Positions 1-8,919 of a DNA stretch of 22,766 nt are shown here, piece after piece. Origin of the DNA: Promethearchaeota archaeon (GTDB lineage: Archaea; Asgardarchaeota; Lokiarchaeia; Sigyniarchaeales; SOKP01); the NCBI GenBank assembly GCA_016839585.1, contig JAEOTZ010000008.1, forward strand, positions 1 through 22,766, given 5' to 3'. A model generated the notes under the pieces. That model searched no databases, was not told the origin of the DNA, and saw only the letters and a program-made list of their open reading frames with translations. Numbering within the stretch: the first letter of the stretch is position 1; every line of letters begins with the position of its first letter. Both the position numbers and the translations under genes were made by a program.

Positions 1-147
1 TATACTTCTTTTAGGTGTTTTTGATATACCAAATGACCAAAAAAAGAAAATTGCCTTATCTTCACATGGTATTAAAGTATGCAATATTCCTAAAAGGAAT
101 GCAGGTGTAAAAACTAAGATTAATGGATGCGGATAAAATTCAAACAT
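1..147 (-). CDS. Partial (runs off the window) membrane protein, possibly NiCoT/RcnA/UreH-like (DsbD_2/TauE clan)
   Basis: Not in the ORF track. ATG at 147 opens MFEFYPHPLILVFTPAFLLGILHTLIPCEDKAIFFFWSFGISKTPKRSI, open to the edge. The hydrophobic helix ending GILHTLIP resembles the GxxHAxxP first-TM motif of these families. Confidence 0.5.
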   Translation of the reverse strand, partial: MFEFYPHPLILVFTPAFLLGILHTLIPCEDKAIFFFWSFGISKTPKRSI

Positions 148-261
148 TTCTCTTATGAAGATTCAATTTTTCAATTATTATTTTCTTTTTTGTGAATATA
201 TTTTCAATGATCATATTTAGAATTTTTTATTATATTAAAAGGAAGTTCATAATCATAAATC

Positions 262-1533
262 TTAATCTCCTTTTAAGCATTGTTTACTTATTCCATAAAA
301 TATTAAAATTAGGAATAAAGTGGGAACAAAATTAATTGGAAACCAATCTTGAGTAAAAAACCAAATTCCCATAAAAGCCAAATCAACAAAAATGAAGAAA
401 AAGAAACTAGGTTTAATAAAATTTTTTGTTATTTCAGAATGTCGTGGTAAATTAAATATTATTATAATTAAGATTGGCGTTAAAATTAAGAGATGATGGT
501 CCCAAGAATCAAAATAAGCAATAAGCATAATTAAAATACCAAAAGAATATCCAAAAATTAAATTCTCAGAATTAAATTTACCAAAAATATAAATAAAGAA
601 ACTTAATCCACCTGTAATCAATAAAACACTTAAAAATATAAATAATTGATAATTTAATAGTTGTTCCTCTGAAAAACCAATTAAAAATAAGAGATTTTCT
701 ATAATTTTTGTAACACTAAAAGAATGATTTATGTAAACTGTATCCTCTCCAGTAAAATTAATTGCTATAAAGCCTTTTAATAAGGAAGGATAGATTAAAA
801 ATATAAAAAGATTTAGAGATAAGGGCAATAAAACGCCTAAGATACGTATTAATGTATTTAAAAAATTAATATTCAAATTCTCTTTTTTGAAATCATAATT
901 GATCGCAATTAGGAATGGAATCATAAAAATAGTTATTGGCTTTACAATTATACTAATTCCAAGAATTAAACTTGCGATAAATTGCCATTTAATTTGATCA
1001 TATTTGAAGTAAATCAGAAGAGATAATAATATTAAAAGTGTGACATAGAGATTAATTTGACCTAAAATATAATTAAAAAGATTAGGTATACTCATTAAAA
1101 ATAAACTAATATATAGTATGACTCTTTTATCATCTTTTTCGTGATCTTCACCCCTAATTAAAATAATTATTTTATAAAGGATTATACAAATTAAGATATT
1201 TAGAATTAAATTAACTAAATTGAAAAATACGAACCCTAAGTCAAAACCAAGTAGATAAAAAGGAATAAATAGGACAGCAGATAATGGAAAATACCGAAAT
1301 GGCCAAGTACTATAATTTGTTCGATCATAAAGGCCATTAATATCATTTATGAACACTTTCCCTACTGTATAATAAACTCGAAAATCATTTCTATTTCTAA
1401 AGAAAGTTAATGTTAAGATCAATGCCAATGCAAGATAAAACAAATGAACTATTAAAGCATATTTGAATATCTTATATTGCCATAATTCTTGAAATCTTTT
1501 TTTAATTTTGATTAAAAATTGCCTGAAATACAT
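262..1533 (-). CDS. Glycosyltransferase family 87 (DUF2029), GT-C fold polytopic membrane protein
   Basis: Many TM segments; NDFRVYY loop after TM1; FRYFPLSA, GQIN, SIIVKP and SWDHH motifs typical of GT87/PimE-like proteins. Paralogue of 2311..3576. Confidence 0.8.
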   Translation of the reverse strand: MYFRQFLIKIKKRFQELWQYKIFKYALIVHLFYLALALILTLTFFRNRNDFRVYYTVGKVFINDINGLYDRTNYSTWPFRYFPLSAVLFIPFYLLGFDLGFVFFNLVNLILNILICIILYKIIILIRGEDHEKDDKRVILYISLFLMSIPNLFNYILGQINLYVTLLILLSLLIYFKYDQIKWQFIASLILGISIIVKPITIFMIPFLIAINYDFKKENLNINFLNTLIRILGVLLPLSLNLFIFLIYPSLLKGFIAINFTGEDTVYINHSFSVTKIIENLLFLIGFSEEQLLNYQLFIFLSVLLITGGLSFFIYIFGKFNSENLIFGYSFGILIMLIAYFDSWDHHLLILTPILIIIIFNLPRHSEITKNFIKPSFFFFIFVDLAFMGIWFFTQDWFPINFVPTLFLILIFYGISKQCLKGD

Positions 1534-1554
1534 ACTCTAATTACCAAATATTAA

Positions 1555-2307
1555 TTATGAGTTAATCTTCATTTTTCTTTTTCTTATAATATAAAATATA
1601 ACACCAAGAGATAATATAACTGATAAAGTTATTAAGGTTGGAATTACATACCAAGGCAAGTAATCAAGGGAAATGTCAAGTATTACTACATTATCCTTAA
1701 TATATAGTTTATAGGTGTTTAAAGCTCCATTATCATTATAAATAGCAATAATTTTAATATTTTTGGTTGGATTTCCTGGTGATATCTCATTCTTACTTAT
1801 TTCTACATTCAGCGTGGGTAATACCCTATTATCAACATCATACCATTTATATAGATTTAGGCCTCCCATATATTCACCTACCGGTGTAGGAAACCAGAAT
1901 GGTACTAAGGATTTATAATTTGAGAAATTTAATGCTTCAGAGTAATCTTTTGGATTAGAAAGATAGACTATTGTAGAATTACTATCGATAATTCCCCAGT
2001 CTACTTCATTTGTCCACATCCAAATACTAAACTCTATTTTTATATGCGTTTCATTAACTTCTGATTTAATTATCTCCCACTTCATCTTATTACCTTTACT
2101 TAAATTTTCAAATATCCCTGATTCATCCCAACCTGTTACAAAAATAGCATCCATCTCAGATCTTTTACATACATTACATTTCCATACTAATTTATCGCCT
2201 TTTCTTACTCCAGTGCTAAATTTATTAGCATTAACCATTGATATTATTGTAGTCAGGCTCAATAAAATTATTAATAGTAAGCAGATGAGAGATAATTTTG
2301 GTTTCAA
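1555..2307 (-). CDS. Secreted protein with a C-terminal membrane anchor (hypothetical surface glycoprotein)
   Basis: N-terminal signal peptide; C-terminal TM helix followed by RKRKMK; sequons NLS, NET, NST, NFS. TTG start preceded by GGAGG within the end of the upstream gene. Confidence 0.75.
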   Translation of the reverse strand: MKPKLSLICLLLIILLSLTTIISMVNANKFSTGVRKGDKLVWKCNVCKRSEMDAIFVTGWDESGIFENLSKGNKMKWEIIKSEVNETHIKIEFSIWMWTNEVDWGIIDSNSTIVYLSNPKDYSEALNFSNYKSLVPFWFPTPVGEYMGGLNLYKWYDVDNRVLPTLNVEISKNEISPGNPTKNIKIIAIYNDNGALNTYKLYIKDNVVILDISLDYLPWYVIPTLITLSVILSLGVIFYIIRKRKMKINS

Positions 2308-2310
2308 AAT

Positions 2311-3576
2311 TTAGATTCCTCCTTTTATATCAATATTAAAATTATCTCTTTTTTTTGACAAACAGAATTTACTTATTCCATAGAAAGTAATCAATAAAAA
2401 AATAGTACATTCAAAATTATATGGAAATAATGGATATGTAAGATACCATATTCCAACGAAAGCTAAATCAAAAAAACTAAAGAAGAAAAAACCAGGTTTA
2501 ATAGAGTTAGTAATATGGGAATGTCTAGGTAAATTAAAAATAATTATTATTAATATTGGTGTTAAATTTAGAAGGTGATGATCCCACGAATCAAAATATG
2601 AAAGCAACATGATTAAAATAGCAAATGCATAACCATAAATAATTGAATTTTCGTCAAATCTTCTAAATATAAAAATTAGGAAACCTAATGCACCTAAGAA
2701 TCCAACAATGCTTATTAATATAATTAATTGACTAAATGGAATGTTGTAAAAATAGCAAAAATTAGTTATAAGTTTGGAAATACTATATGAGAAATTTAAG
2801 GCTATAGGATTACTTCCTGTAAAGTTAGTCTCTAAAAAGCCTTTCCATAATTTTGGGTATATAAAAAAAACTATAAAATTCAATGACAGTGGTAATAATA
2901 CACCTAATAATCTTACCGTACTCTTAATAAAATCAAACTGAATCTGTTTTTTGTTTAAATCAAAACTAAATATAATTAAAAATGGAATTAAGAAAAAAGC
3001 TGTAGGTTTTATAATAATACTGATTCCTAAAATAACACTTCCTATAAATTGCCACTTAATATTGTTAAATTTAATAAAAATATAAAGAGATATTAATATA
3101 AATAAGGTTATATATAAATTTATTTGACCATAGATATAATTCAAGAGATGTGGTAAGCTCATTAAATATAAACTAATATATAATATAACTCTTTTATCAT
3201 CTTTTTCATGATCCTCATTTCTAATGATAATTATGGTTTTGTAAAGAACTACACAAATCAAAATATTTAGGAATAGATTAAATAGATTAAAAATTATGAA
3301 ACTAACTTTAAAATCTAAAAAGCCAAAAGGAATAAAAAATAGTGCGGAAAGTGGAAAATAACGAAAATCCCATAAATAATTCGATTGGTTATACAAATTT
3401 TCAGTATCATTCAGAAATATTTCTCCAACTCTATAGAAGATTATGAAATCATTTTTTTCTTGAAAAAACATAAAAAATAAAATAATTGAGAGAATGAAAT
3501 AAAAAATATGAAGTACAATAGCATATCGGAAAATATTATACTTACAAAGCTCTTTAATTCTATTTAATATTTTCAA
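2311..3576 (-). CDS. Glycosyltransferase family 87 (DUF2029), second paralogue
   Basis: NDFIIFY, FRYFPLSA, GQIN, SIIIKP and SWDHH motifs. Shares EDHEKDDKRVILYISL exactly with 262..1533. Confidence 0.8.
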   Translation of the reverse strand: MKILNRIKELCKYNIFRYAIVLHIFYFILSIILFFMFFQEKNDFIIFYRVGEIFLNDTENLYNQSNYLWDFRYFPLSALFFIPFGFLDFKVSFIIFNLFNLFLNILICVVLYKTIIIIRNEDHEKDDKRVILYISLYLMSLPHLLNYIYGQINLYITLFILISLYIFIKFNNIKWQFIGSVILGISIIIKPTAFFLIPFLIIFSFDLNKKQIQFDFIKSTVRLLGVLLPLSLNFIVFFIYPKLWKGFLETNFTGSNPIALNFSYSISKLITNFCYFYNIPFSQLIILISIVGFLGALGFLIFIFRRFDENSIIYGYAFAILIMLLSYFDSWDHHLLNLTPILIIIIFNLPRHSHITNSIKPGFFFFSFFDLAFVGIWYLTYPLFPYNFECTIFLLITFYGISKFCLSKKRDNFNIDIKGGI

Positions 3577-3661
3577 ATTAACAAATATTTATTTTGATTT
3601 TAAATTCTTAAATTAAATTATTAAAATAAAATTATATGATTTCAAATAACTGTTGATATAA

Positions 3662-4030
3662 ATGTCTTTTGTAAGAAAAAATGATGATGATAAAAAACCA
3701 ACTTTCGGAGTAATAGTTGGAAATAGAGATGTCTTTCCTGATAATCTTGCTAAAGAAGGACGATTAGAAATTATTGAAATTTTAACTGAATTAGGTTATG
3801 ATTATATAATTACAAGTGAAAATGATACAAAATATGGAGTGATAGAGTCATTTTCAGATGCAAAAAAATGTGCTGACTTGTTTAAAAGAAATAGAGATAA
3901 AATAATTGGTATTTTAGTAATTTTCCCTAATTTTGGTAATCAACTATTTAAAATCAAATCATCAATCTCTTTTGTAATTTCTTTTACTCTATTTTTATTT
4001 GAGGATAAACCTTTCCTTTTTACATTATAA
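3662..4030 (+). pseudogene. Truncated L-fucose/L-arabinose isomerase-family paralogue (homology ends at about 3937)
   Basis: Residues 1-92 align with the N-terminus of 6235..7671 (GNRDxFPD, SDAKKCA, NFG). After NFG the tail is unrelated and reads as antisense to another fragment. Confidence 0.8.
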
Positions 4031-4044
4031 TATTTCTTAAATAT
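3940..4044 (-). pseudogene. C-terminal remnant of an unknown gene
   Basis: Start-less frame IFKKYYNVKRKGLSSNKNRVKEITKEIDDLILNS* whose TGA (3942-3940) abuts the isomerase breakpoint. Confidence 0.35.
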
Positions 4045-4160
4045 TCACAATTCCTATACAAAAATTATTAATTAAAAATAAGATCATATTGATTTCAACT
4101 TATATCAATTACAATTTGCTTTGAAATCACTGAATTTTGCATCCACCCCTCATTTCTTCT

Positions 4161-4527
4161 TTATATAGGTTTAATCCTATCAGAATCCATTATGATGTTT
4201 GATTTTTTTGATGCTGTGGCTTTAATTTCAGTTGTGTAATCTAACAATAACTCCTCAGTTTCATAGATATAGGATTTATATCCACCTTCCATAGCAAAAT
4301 AAAACTCAATTTTAAGAGTATTAAATTCTATGGCACCCTTAATTTTATCAAGTGAAATTTCATCTAATTTGAACGTGAAATTCACTTCAAAATTCTACCT
4401 CGGGGGTTATCGTCTCAATCTGGGAGGACGAAGGTCTTTCCATCGGACCTTCTACTATCCTATTCTGCCAAAGTAATTGTTTAAACTCATCAGCAGCTTC
4501 ATCTATAGAATCAATATCATCATATTC
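4161..4527 (-). pseudogene. 5'-truncated, frameshifted remnant of an unknown gene
   Basis: EYDDIDSIDEAADEFKQLLWQNRIVEGP...TPEVEF* (4527-4387) joins the 74-aa ORF (EVNFTFKL...) if one base is removed from the 4-nt run at 4389-4392. No start precedes this acidic segment; an in-frame TGA lies at 4530-4528. Confidence 0.5.
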
Positions 4528-4556
4528 TCAGAAAAGTAGTTGTATAAAAAGTTAAT

Positions 4557-4637
4557 TCTCCAGATGAGCGATTAGAAATCAGATCAGTCGAAAGAACCTG
4601 GAATTTCCTACTAAATCTTCTAAAAAACTTAGTTTAA
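4557..4637 (+). pseudogene. pepD: C-terminal remnant of aminoacyl-histidine dipeptidase (PepD, M20 family)
   Basis: SPDERLEIRSVERTWNFLLNLLKNLV* matches the HSPDE..I.SV...W..L..LL C-terminus of PepD. In-frame TAA at 4545-4547 and no start codon. Confidence 0.6.
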
Positions 4638-4677
4638 AAAAGAAAAACCTTATCTTGATCCGATTTATTTGATAAAT

Positions 4678-5406
4678 ATGGAATTCAAAAATCAAAATAA
4701 AAAAAGTAAAGAGAATGCTCCCTATGGAATGGTTCTTATCCCTGGCGGAGATTTTATTATGGGAAAAGATAGCGATCAAGGAGCTGATTATAGTCCAGCT
4801 CATAAAGTTCATGTAGATTCATTTTATCTTGATATACATGAAGTAACAAATGAAGAGTATTATAAATTCTGTCAAGAAACACAATATGAATTGCCAGAAT
4901 ATTGGGGAGTAGAAATCTTTCGTTCTGGATTAGAATTTCCAAAATATCCTGTTGTAGGTGTAAGTTGGTCGTTTGCAAAAGAATATGCCGAATGGGCAGG
5001 GAAACGATTACCAACTGAAGCTGAATGGGAATTTGCTGCCAGAGGAGGGCTTATTGATAAAGATTTTCCAACAGGTAATGATTGGAATGTTCCATTAAGA
5101 AGAAATACACCAGGTAACGGTTGGAAAAATTTAATAGTGGAAGTTAAGAATTATGATTCAAATGCATACGGATTATATAATATGTCATGTAATGTTTGGG
5201 AATGGGTAGAGGATATATACAATGAAAAATATTATAGTGCAAGTCCTAAAAACAACCCTAAAGGTCCAGAAAAGGGGGCTTTACGAGTTATTCGCGGGGG
5301 AAGTTGGCATTCTGGTATAACATGCAAAAAAGTCTATCATCGAAAAGCTCTTCCTTCGAATTGGGTTGATTTTGCTATAGGATTTCGCTGCGCCAAGGAT
5401 ATTTAA
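4678..5406 (+). CDS. Formylglycine-generating enzyme (FGE-sulfatase/SUMF1) domain protein
   Basis: GGDFIMG, HEVTN, PVVGVSW, RLPTEAEWEFAARGG, GLYNMSCNVWEW, RGGSW and GFRC motifs. ATG 4678 preferred over TTG 4669. Lacks the canonical FGE CxRYRC cysteine pair, so it is probably not a true FGE. Confidence 0.9.
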   Translation: MEFKNQNKKSKENAPYGMVLIPGGDFIMGKDSDQGADYSPAHKVHVDSFYLDIHEVTNEEYYKFCQETQYELPEYWGVEIFRSGLEFPKYPVVGVSWSFAKEYAEWAGKRLPTEAEWEFAARGGLIDKDFPTGNDWNVPLRRNTPGNGWKNLIVEVKNYDSNAYGLYNMSCNVWEWVEDIYNEKYYSASPKNNPKGPEKGALRVIRGGSWHSGITCKKVYHRKALPSNWVDFAIGFRCAKDI

Positions 5407-5410
5407 ATAT

Positions 5411-5494
5411 ATTAGTAATGGTTACATTATTGAAACAATAGGGTCGGGTTGGTTTAAGAAGAAAATAAGACGCCCTTGTCCATTATGCACCTAA
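5411..5494 (+). pseudogene. C-terminal remnant resembling a DnaJ-type zinc-finger segment
   Basis: Start-less frame ISNGYIIETIGSGWFKKKIRRPCPLCT* directly after the FGE stop, followed by a T-run near 5543-5551. Confidence 0.35.
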
Positions 5495-5744
5495 AGAGAA
5501 GTTGAGTTTCCTTAATATCTTTTAAATGTCGACTTGTTTTTATTTTTTTTTCTATTTTTATGTGAAGCGGGTGCCATTCTAGAAGAAATTGAATATTCAG
5601 AGATTTTTACTTAAATCGTAATCTCATGTAGATTTAGAGTATTAGTATTATCAAACACAATGAACATCAAGGAATCTTAAAAAAAATTAGTTAGATTAAT
5701 TAAAAGTATTTTACGTAATAAGAAATTGACTTGGTATATCTTCT

Positions 5745-5771
5745 TTATATGGAATTGCCTTATATGGAATT
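5745..5771. repeat. 12-bp direct repeat, period 15
   Basis: TTATATGGAATT at 5745-5756 and 5760-5771. It reads IPYKAIPYK on the minus strand. Confidence 0.7.
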
Positions 5772-5996
5772 ATTTTTCATTAGAATTCGATTCGTGCTTA
5801 GATGTTATCTTCTCTTTTTTAGAGTTTTTCCATAGAATTTTCATTGAAATCAGACACTGAATTTACCATTCCAATAATAATGTGAAAAATCTCAAAAGTT
5901 AAAATAGTTTATAGTAGTACAAAGTATTTTTAGTCTAAATATTAATATTTTATTTTTTATTTAGTTTTAAAGAAGCTTTATGGCATTGATGGTATA

Positions 5997-6131
5997 ATGT
6001 GCATTACATTCAATAAAAAGGGAGCTTGGATATATGAACCAGAAACAACTTTAACTCAATTAAACAATTTTATTAAGAAAAATAAACAATATAAAGCAAG
6101 CGATAGACCTTGGGAAAAATATTTCCTATAA
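5997..6131 (+). CDS. Small ORF or 3' remnant of an unknown gene
   Basis: MCITFNKKGAWIYEPETTLTQLNNFIKKNKQYKASDRPWEKYFL*. The frame is open from 5946, with protein-like KKLYGIDGI before the ATG. Confidence 0.35.
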   Translation: MCITFNKKGAWIYEPETTLTQLNNFIKKNKQYKASDRPWEKYFL

Positions 6132-6234
6132 TTTTTATAATAAATTATAATCTTTTTATTTTCTTAGAAAAAAATTAAAACAAGAAGAGAATTTACTTAT
6201 TTAGTTAAAATATTAACTTAAAAGGTTTTAAATA

Positions 6235-7671
6235 ATGTCATTTATACAACATAAAAAATTGAAATCATCTTTTGGGATTATTTTAGGAAATAGAGATATA
6301 TTTCCGGATCATTTAGTAAAGGAAGGTAGAAAAGATATTATAGAAGTAATGAATGAATTAGAATATGAATTTGTGATTCTAGATGAAGAAAATACTCCAC
6401 TAGGAGCGGTTGAGACGTACTCAGATGCTAAGAAATGTGCAGAACTTTTCAAAAAGAATTCTGATAAAATTTTGGGTATAATTTTATGCCTTTGCAATTT
6501 TGGAGATGAGAAAGCCGTAGCCAATACTCTGAAAATAGCTAATCTTAATGTCCCAATCCTAATACAAGCATCATCAGATGATATAAACAAAATGGACAGG
6601 TCCTCTAGAAGAGATGCTTTCTGCGGAAAGATTTCAGTAACGAGTGTGTTATATCAATATGGAATTCCATTTACTCTTACTTCAAATCATACCTGTTTAA
6701 TTAAATCTGATGAATTTAAAAAGGATTTAATGCGATTTGAGAAAATTTGTAGAGTTGTTAAGAAAATTAGGAGGGCTAGGTTCGGACAGATCGGCACTCG
6801 ACCTAATGCATTTGAAACCGTGAGATATAGTGAAAAAATTCTTGAATTTAATGGAATTTCTATCGAACCTATAGATTTATCTGAAATTTTCGCAGCAATT
6901 CAAAAATTAAAAGATAATGATTCTAAAGTGAAGGATAAAATTGAATTCATTAAAAATTATACTCCCACTAAAGAATTCCCTCAGGATGGATTATTAAAAT
7001 TAGCTAAATTGGCTGTGATCGTTGAAATTTGGGTGAAAGAAAATGAATTGGATGGATTTGCATTCCAATGTTGGCCTTCTATAGTTTCTAATTTCGGCAT
7101 CGTCCCATGCGCTGTCATGAGCATGTTTAGTGAAGGGTTGGTACCTGCTGCTTGTGAAGTTGATATCTCAGGATTAATTGGCATGTATATTCTTCAAGTA
7201 GCTACTAATACCCCTTCTGCGATTGTCGACTGGAATAACAATTACGGAGATGATCCTAATAAAATGGTATTATTTCACTGTAGTAATTTACCCAAATCGT
7301 TCTTTCAAGATACCAAAATGACGGTCCATCCTATTATGGCAGAATACGATGGCGAAGAAAATACATTTGGCGCGATACAAGGAAAGATTAAGACGAAACC
7401 TTGTACAATGCTCAGAATAGAAACCGATGATATTTTTGGAGAAATAAAAGCAATAGTTGTAGAAGGAAAATTTACTGATGATCCTCTTGATACATATGGA
7501 GGATATGGTGTAGTTAAAATCCCTAATTTACAAGGATTATTAAAAAAATTGTGTTATGGGGGTTTTGCTCATCATGTTGCAGCTACACTAAATGAAGTAG
7601 GAGAAGTTGTTTATGAGTCTCTCTCTAGTTACCTCGGCTGGAATGTAGAATTTCATAATAAGATTCAATAA
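6235..7671 (+). CDS. L-fucose/L-arabinose isomerase family protein
   Basis: RRDAFCGKISV, QCWP, ACEVD (metal-ligand E/D), FHCSN and C-terminal HHVA motifs; full length at 478 aa. Confidence 0.85.
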   Translation: MSFIQHKKLKSSFGIILGNRDIFPDHLVKEGRKDIIEVMNELEYEFVILDEENTPLGAVETYSDAKKCAELFKKNSDKILGIILCLCNFGDEKAVANTLKIANLNVPILIQASSDDINKMDRSSRRDAFCGKISVTSVLYQYGIPFTLTSNHTCLIKSDEFKKDLMRFEKICRVVKKIRRARFGQIGTRPNAFETVRYSEKILEFNGISIEPIDLSEIFAAIQKLKDNDSKVKDKIEFIKNYTPTKEFPQDGLLKLAKLAVIVEIWVKENELDGFAFQCWPSIVSNFGIVPCAVMSMFSEGLVPAACEVDISGLIGMYILQVATNTPSAIVDWNNNYGDDPNKMVLFHCSNLPKSFFQDTKMTVHPIMAEYDGEENTFGAIQGKIKTKPCTMLRIETDDIFGEIKAIVVEGKFTDDPLDTYGGYGVVKIPNLQGLLKKLCYGGFAHHVAATLNEVGEVVYESLSSYLGWNVEFHNKIQ

Positions 7672-7677
7672 ACATAC

Positions 7678-8775
7678 TTAATTTTTCCTTCCTATTATTA
7701 TTTCTTTTTCAAAAAAACCAGAATTAATAACTTTTTTGTGCTCTTCAGTAAAATTTGTTAGAATTTCAAATCGCCTTATATTTTCAGGGGTGTTACTAAT
7801 TTTATTATGGAAATTAAGAATTCTCTTTCTTGATAAATAAATTGAATATGCAGAAATATCGCACCCTATCCATTTTCGATTTAACTTATCAGCAACTAAT
7901 AATGTAGTACCAGAACCACAAAAAAAGTCTGCAATCAAGTCTTCTTCATTAGAACCTAATTTAATTATTCTTTCTAGTAATTTATGATGTTTCTGAGTCG
8001 GAAAACAACTCCATTCCTTTGAGGCAGGTTGCATACAAGGAATTCTCCACACATCATCCACTTTTTTATCGGTTACAATTCGATATTTCACATGTCCATT
8101 TTTATCTTTAACATTTTTCAAAACTCCATTTATCATTTCTCTCATTAATTGTTTTTTCGGTTTTTTGCGAGGAATTCTTAGTTCATTAAACGTATATTTA
8201 TTAGATTTGGAATATACTAATATATCATCGTGTGCACGAGGGAGGTTTCTTTTCCCTGCTGAATATTTATTATAATAATACCAAATAATATTATTTATAA
8301 ACCTCTCTTCTCCAAAAATTTCATCCAAGATTAATCTAACATAATGGCTTGCATGCCAATCCAAATGAATGAATAGTAAACCAGTTTGAGATAATAATTC
8401 TTTAAAAAGAATTATCCTCTCATAAAGCATTTGCAAATATGAATCTAAATTCTTCTCCCAATGATCGAGGTATGCGATAGTATTATAAACATTATCATTA
8501 TCTTTAATTTTAATCTGATAATTAGAGCCTGAAAAGAAAGGAGGATCTATATAGATCAAATCTACTTTACCTTTGAAGTTATTTAATAAATGATATAAAA
8601 CTTCTATATTATTCCCCCAAAATAATTTGTTTCTCCATTCTTCCTTATCTAAATTATTTTGGATTTTTTTTTCAGGGTGAACTTCAAAAATCTTATAATA
8701 ATTCAGAAATTTATTTTTTAAATCTTTTAAATTGACTGGTTTTTCCGCTTTTCCCTCCCAAATTAATTTTACCAT
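7678..8775 (-). CDS. Site-specific DNA methyltransferase (N4/N6, beta class, type III Mod-like), orphan
   Basis: Catalytic IYIDPPF precedes FPTQK and the SAM-binding DFFCGSGTT motif. No restriction gene is adjacent. Confidence 0.9.
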   Translation of the reverse strand: MVKLIWEGKAEKPVNLKDLKNKFLNYYKIFEVHPEKKIQNNLDKEEWRNKLFWGNNIEVLYHLLNNFKGKVDLIYIDPPFFSGSNYQIKIKDNDNVYNTIAYLDHWEKNLDSYLQMLYERIILFKELLSQTGLLFIHLDWHASHYVRLILDEIFGEERFINNIIWYYYNKYSAGKRNLPRAHDDILVYSKSNKYTFNELRIPRKKPKKQLMREMINGVLKNVKDKNGHVKYRIVTDKKVDDVWRIPCMQPASKEWSCFPTQKHHKLLERIIKLGSNEEDLIADFFCGSGTTLLVADKLNRKWIGCDISAYSIYLSRKRILNFHNKISNTPENIRRFEILTNFTEEHKKVINSGFFEKEIIIGRKN

Positions 8776-8919
8776 TCCTTTTTCAAACTATATTTATATT
8801 TAGAATTTATATTTAAATTATATTTCAAATAAATCAGTTATTATAAAGTCTAAATTAAATTTTTTATGATGTTGCTTCTGATTTATTAAAATTAGAAAAA
8901 AATAAATTTAAAAGTAAAA

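Noticed and set aside
4430-4452. Hairpin GAAGGTC-N9-GACCTTC
   Set aside because: A single 7-bp stem inside a coding remnant, with no second copy to suggest an att site or element end.
4387-4530. Selenocysteine recoding at the minus-strand TGA codons; also checked at the TrxR active sites
   Set aside because: No redox-motif context or recognisable SECIS. A one-base frameshift explains 4389 better, and the TrxR-like active-site codons are AGT/AAT, not TGA.
3937-6234. Integron-like cassette array or CRISPR array
   Set aside because: No repeated attC-like or direct-repeat unit between the fragments, and the recombinase in the window is XerA-like and ~10 kb away.
4579-7184. Track ORFs 4579..4812, 4757..5014, 6309..6590 and 6981..7184 (minus strand)
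   Set aside because: Antisense shadows of the well-supported FGE-domain and isomerase genes, with no motifs.
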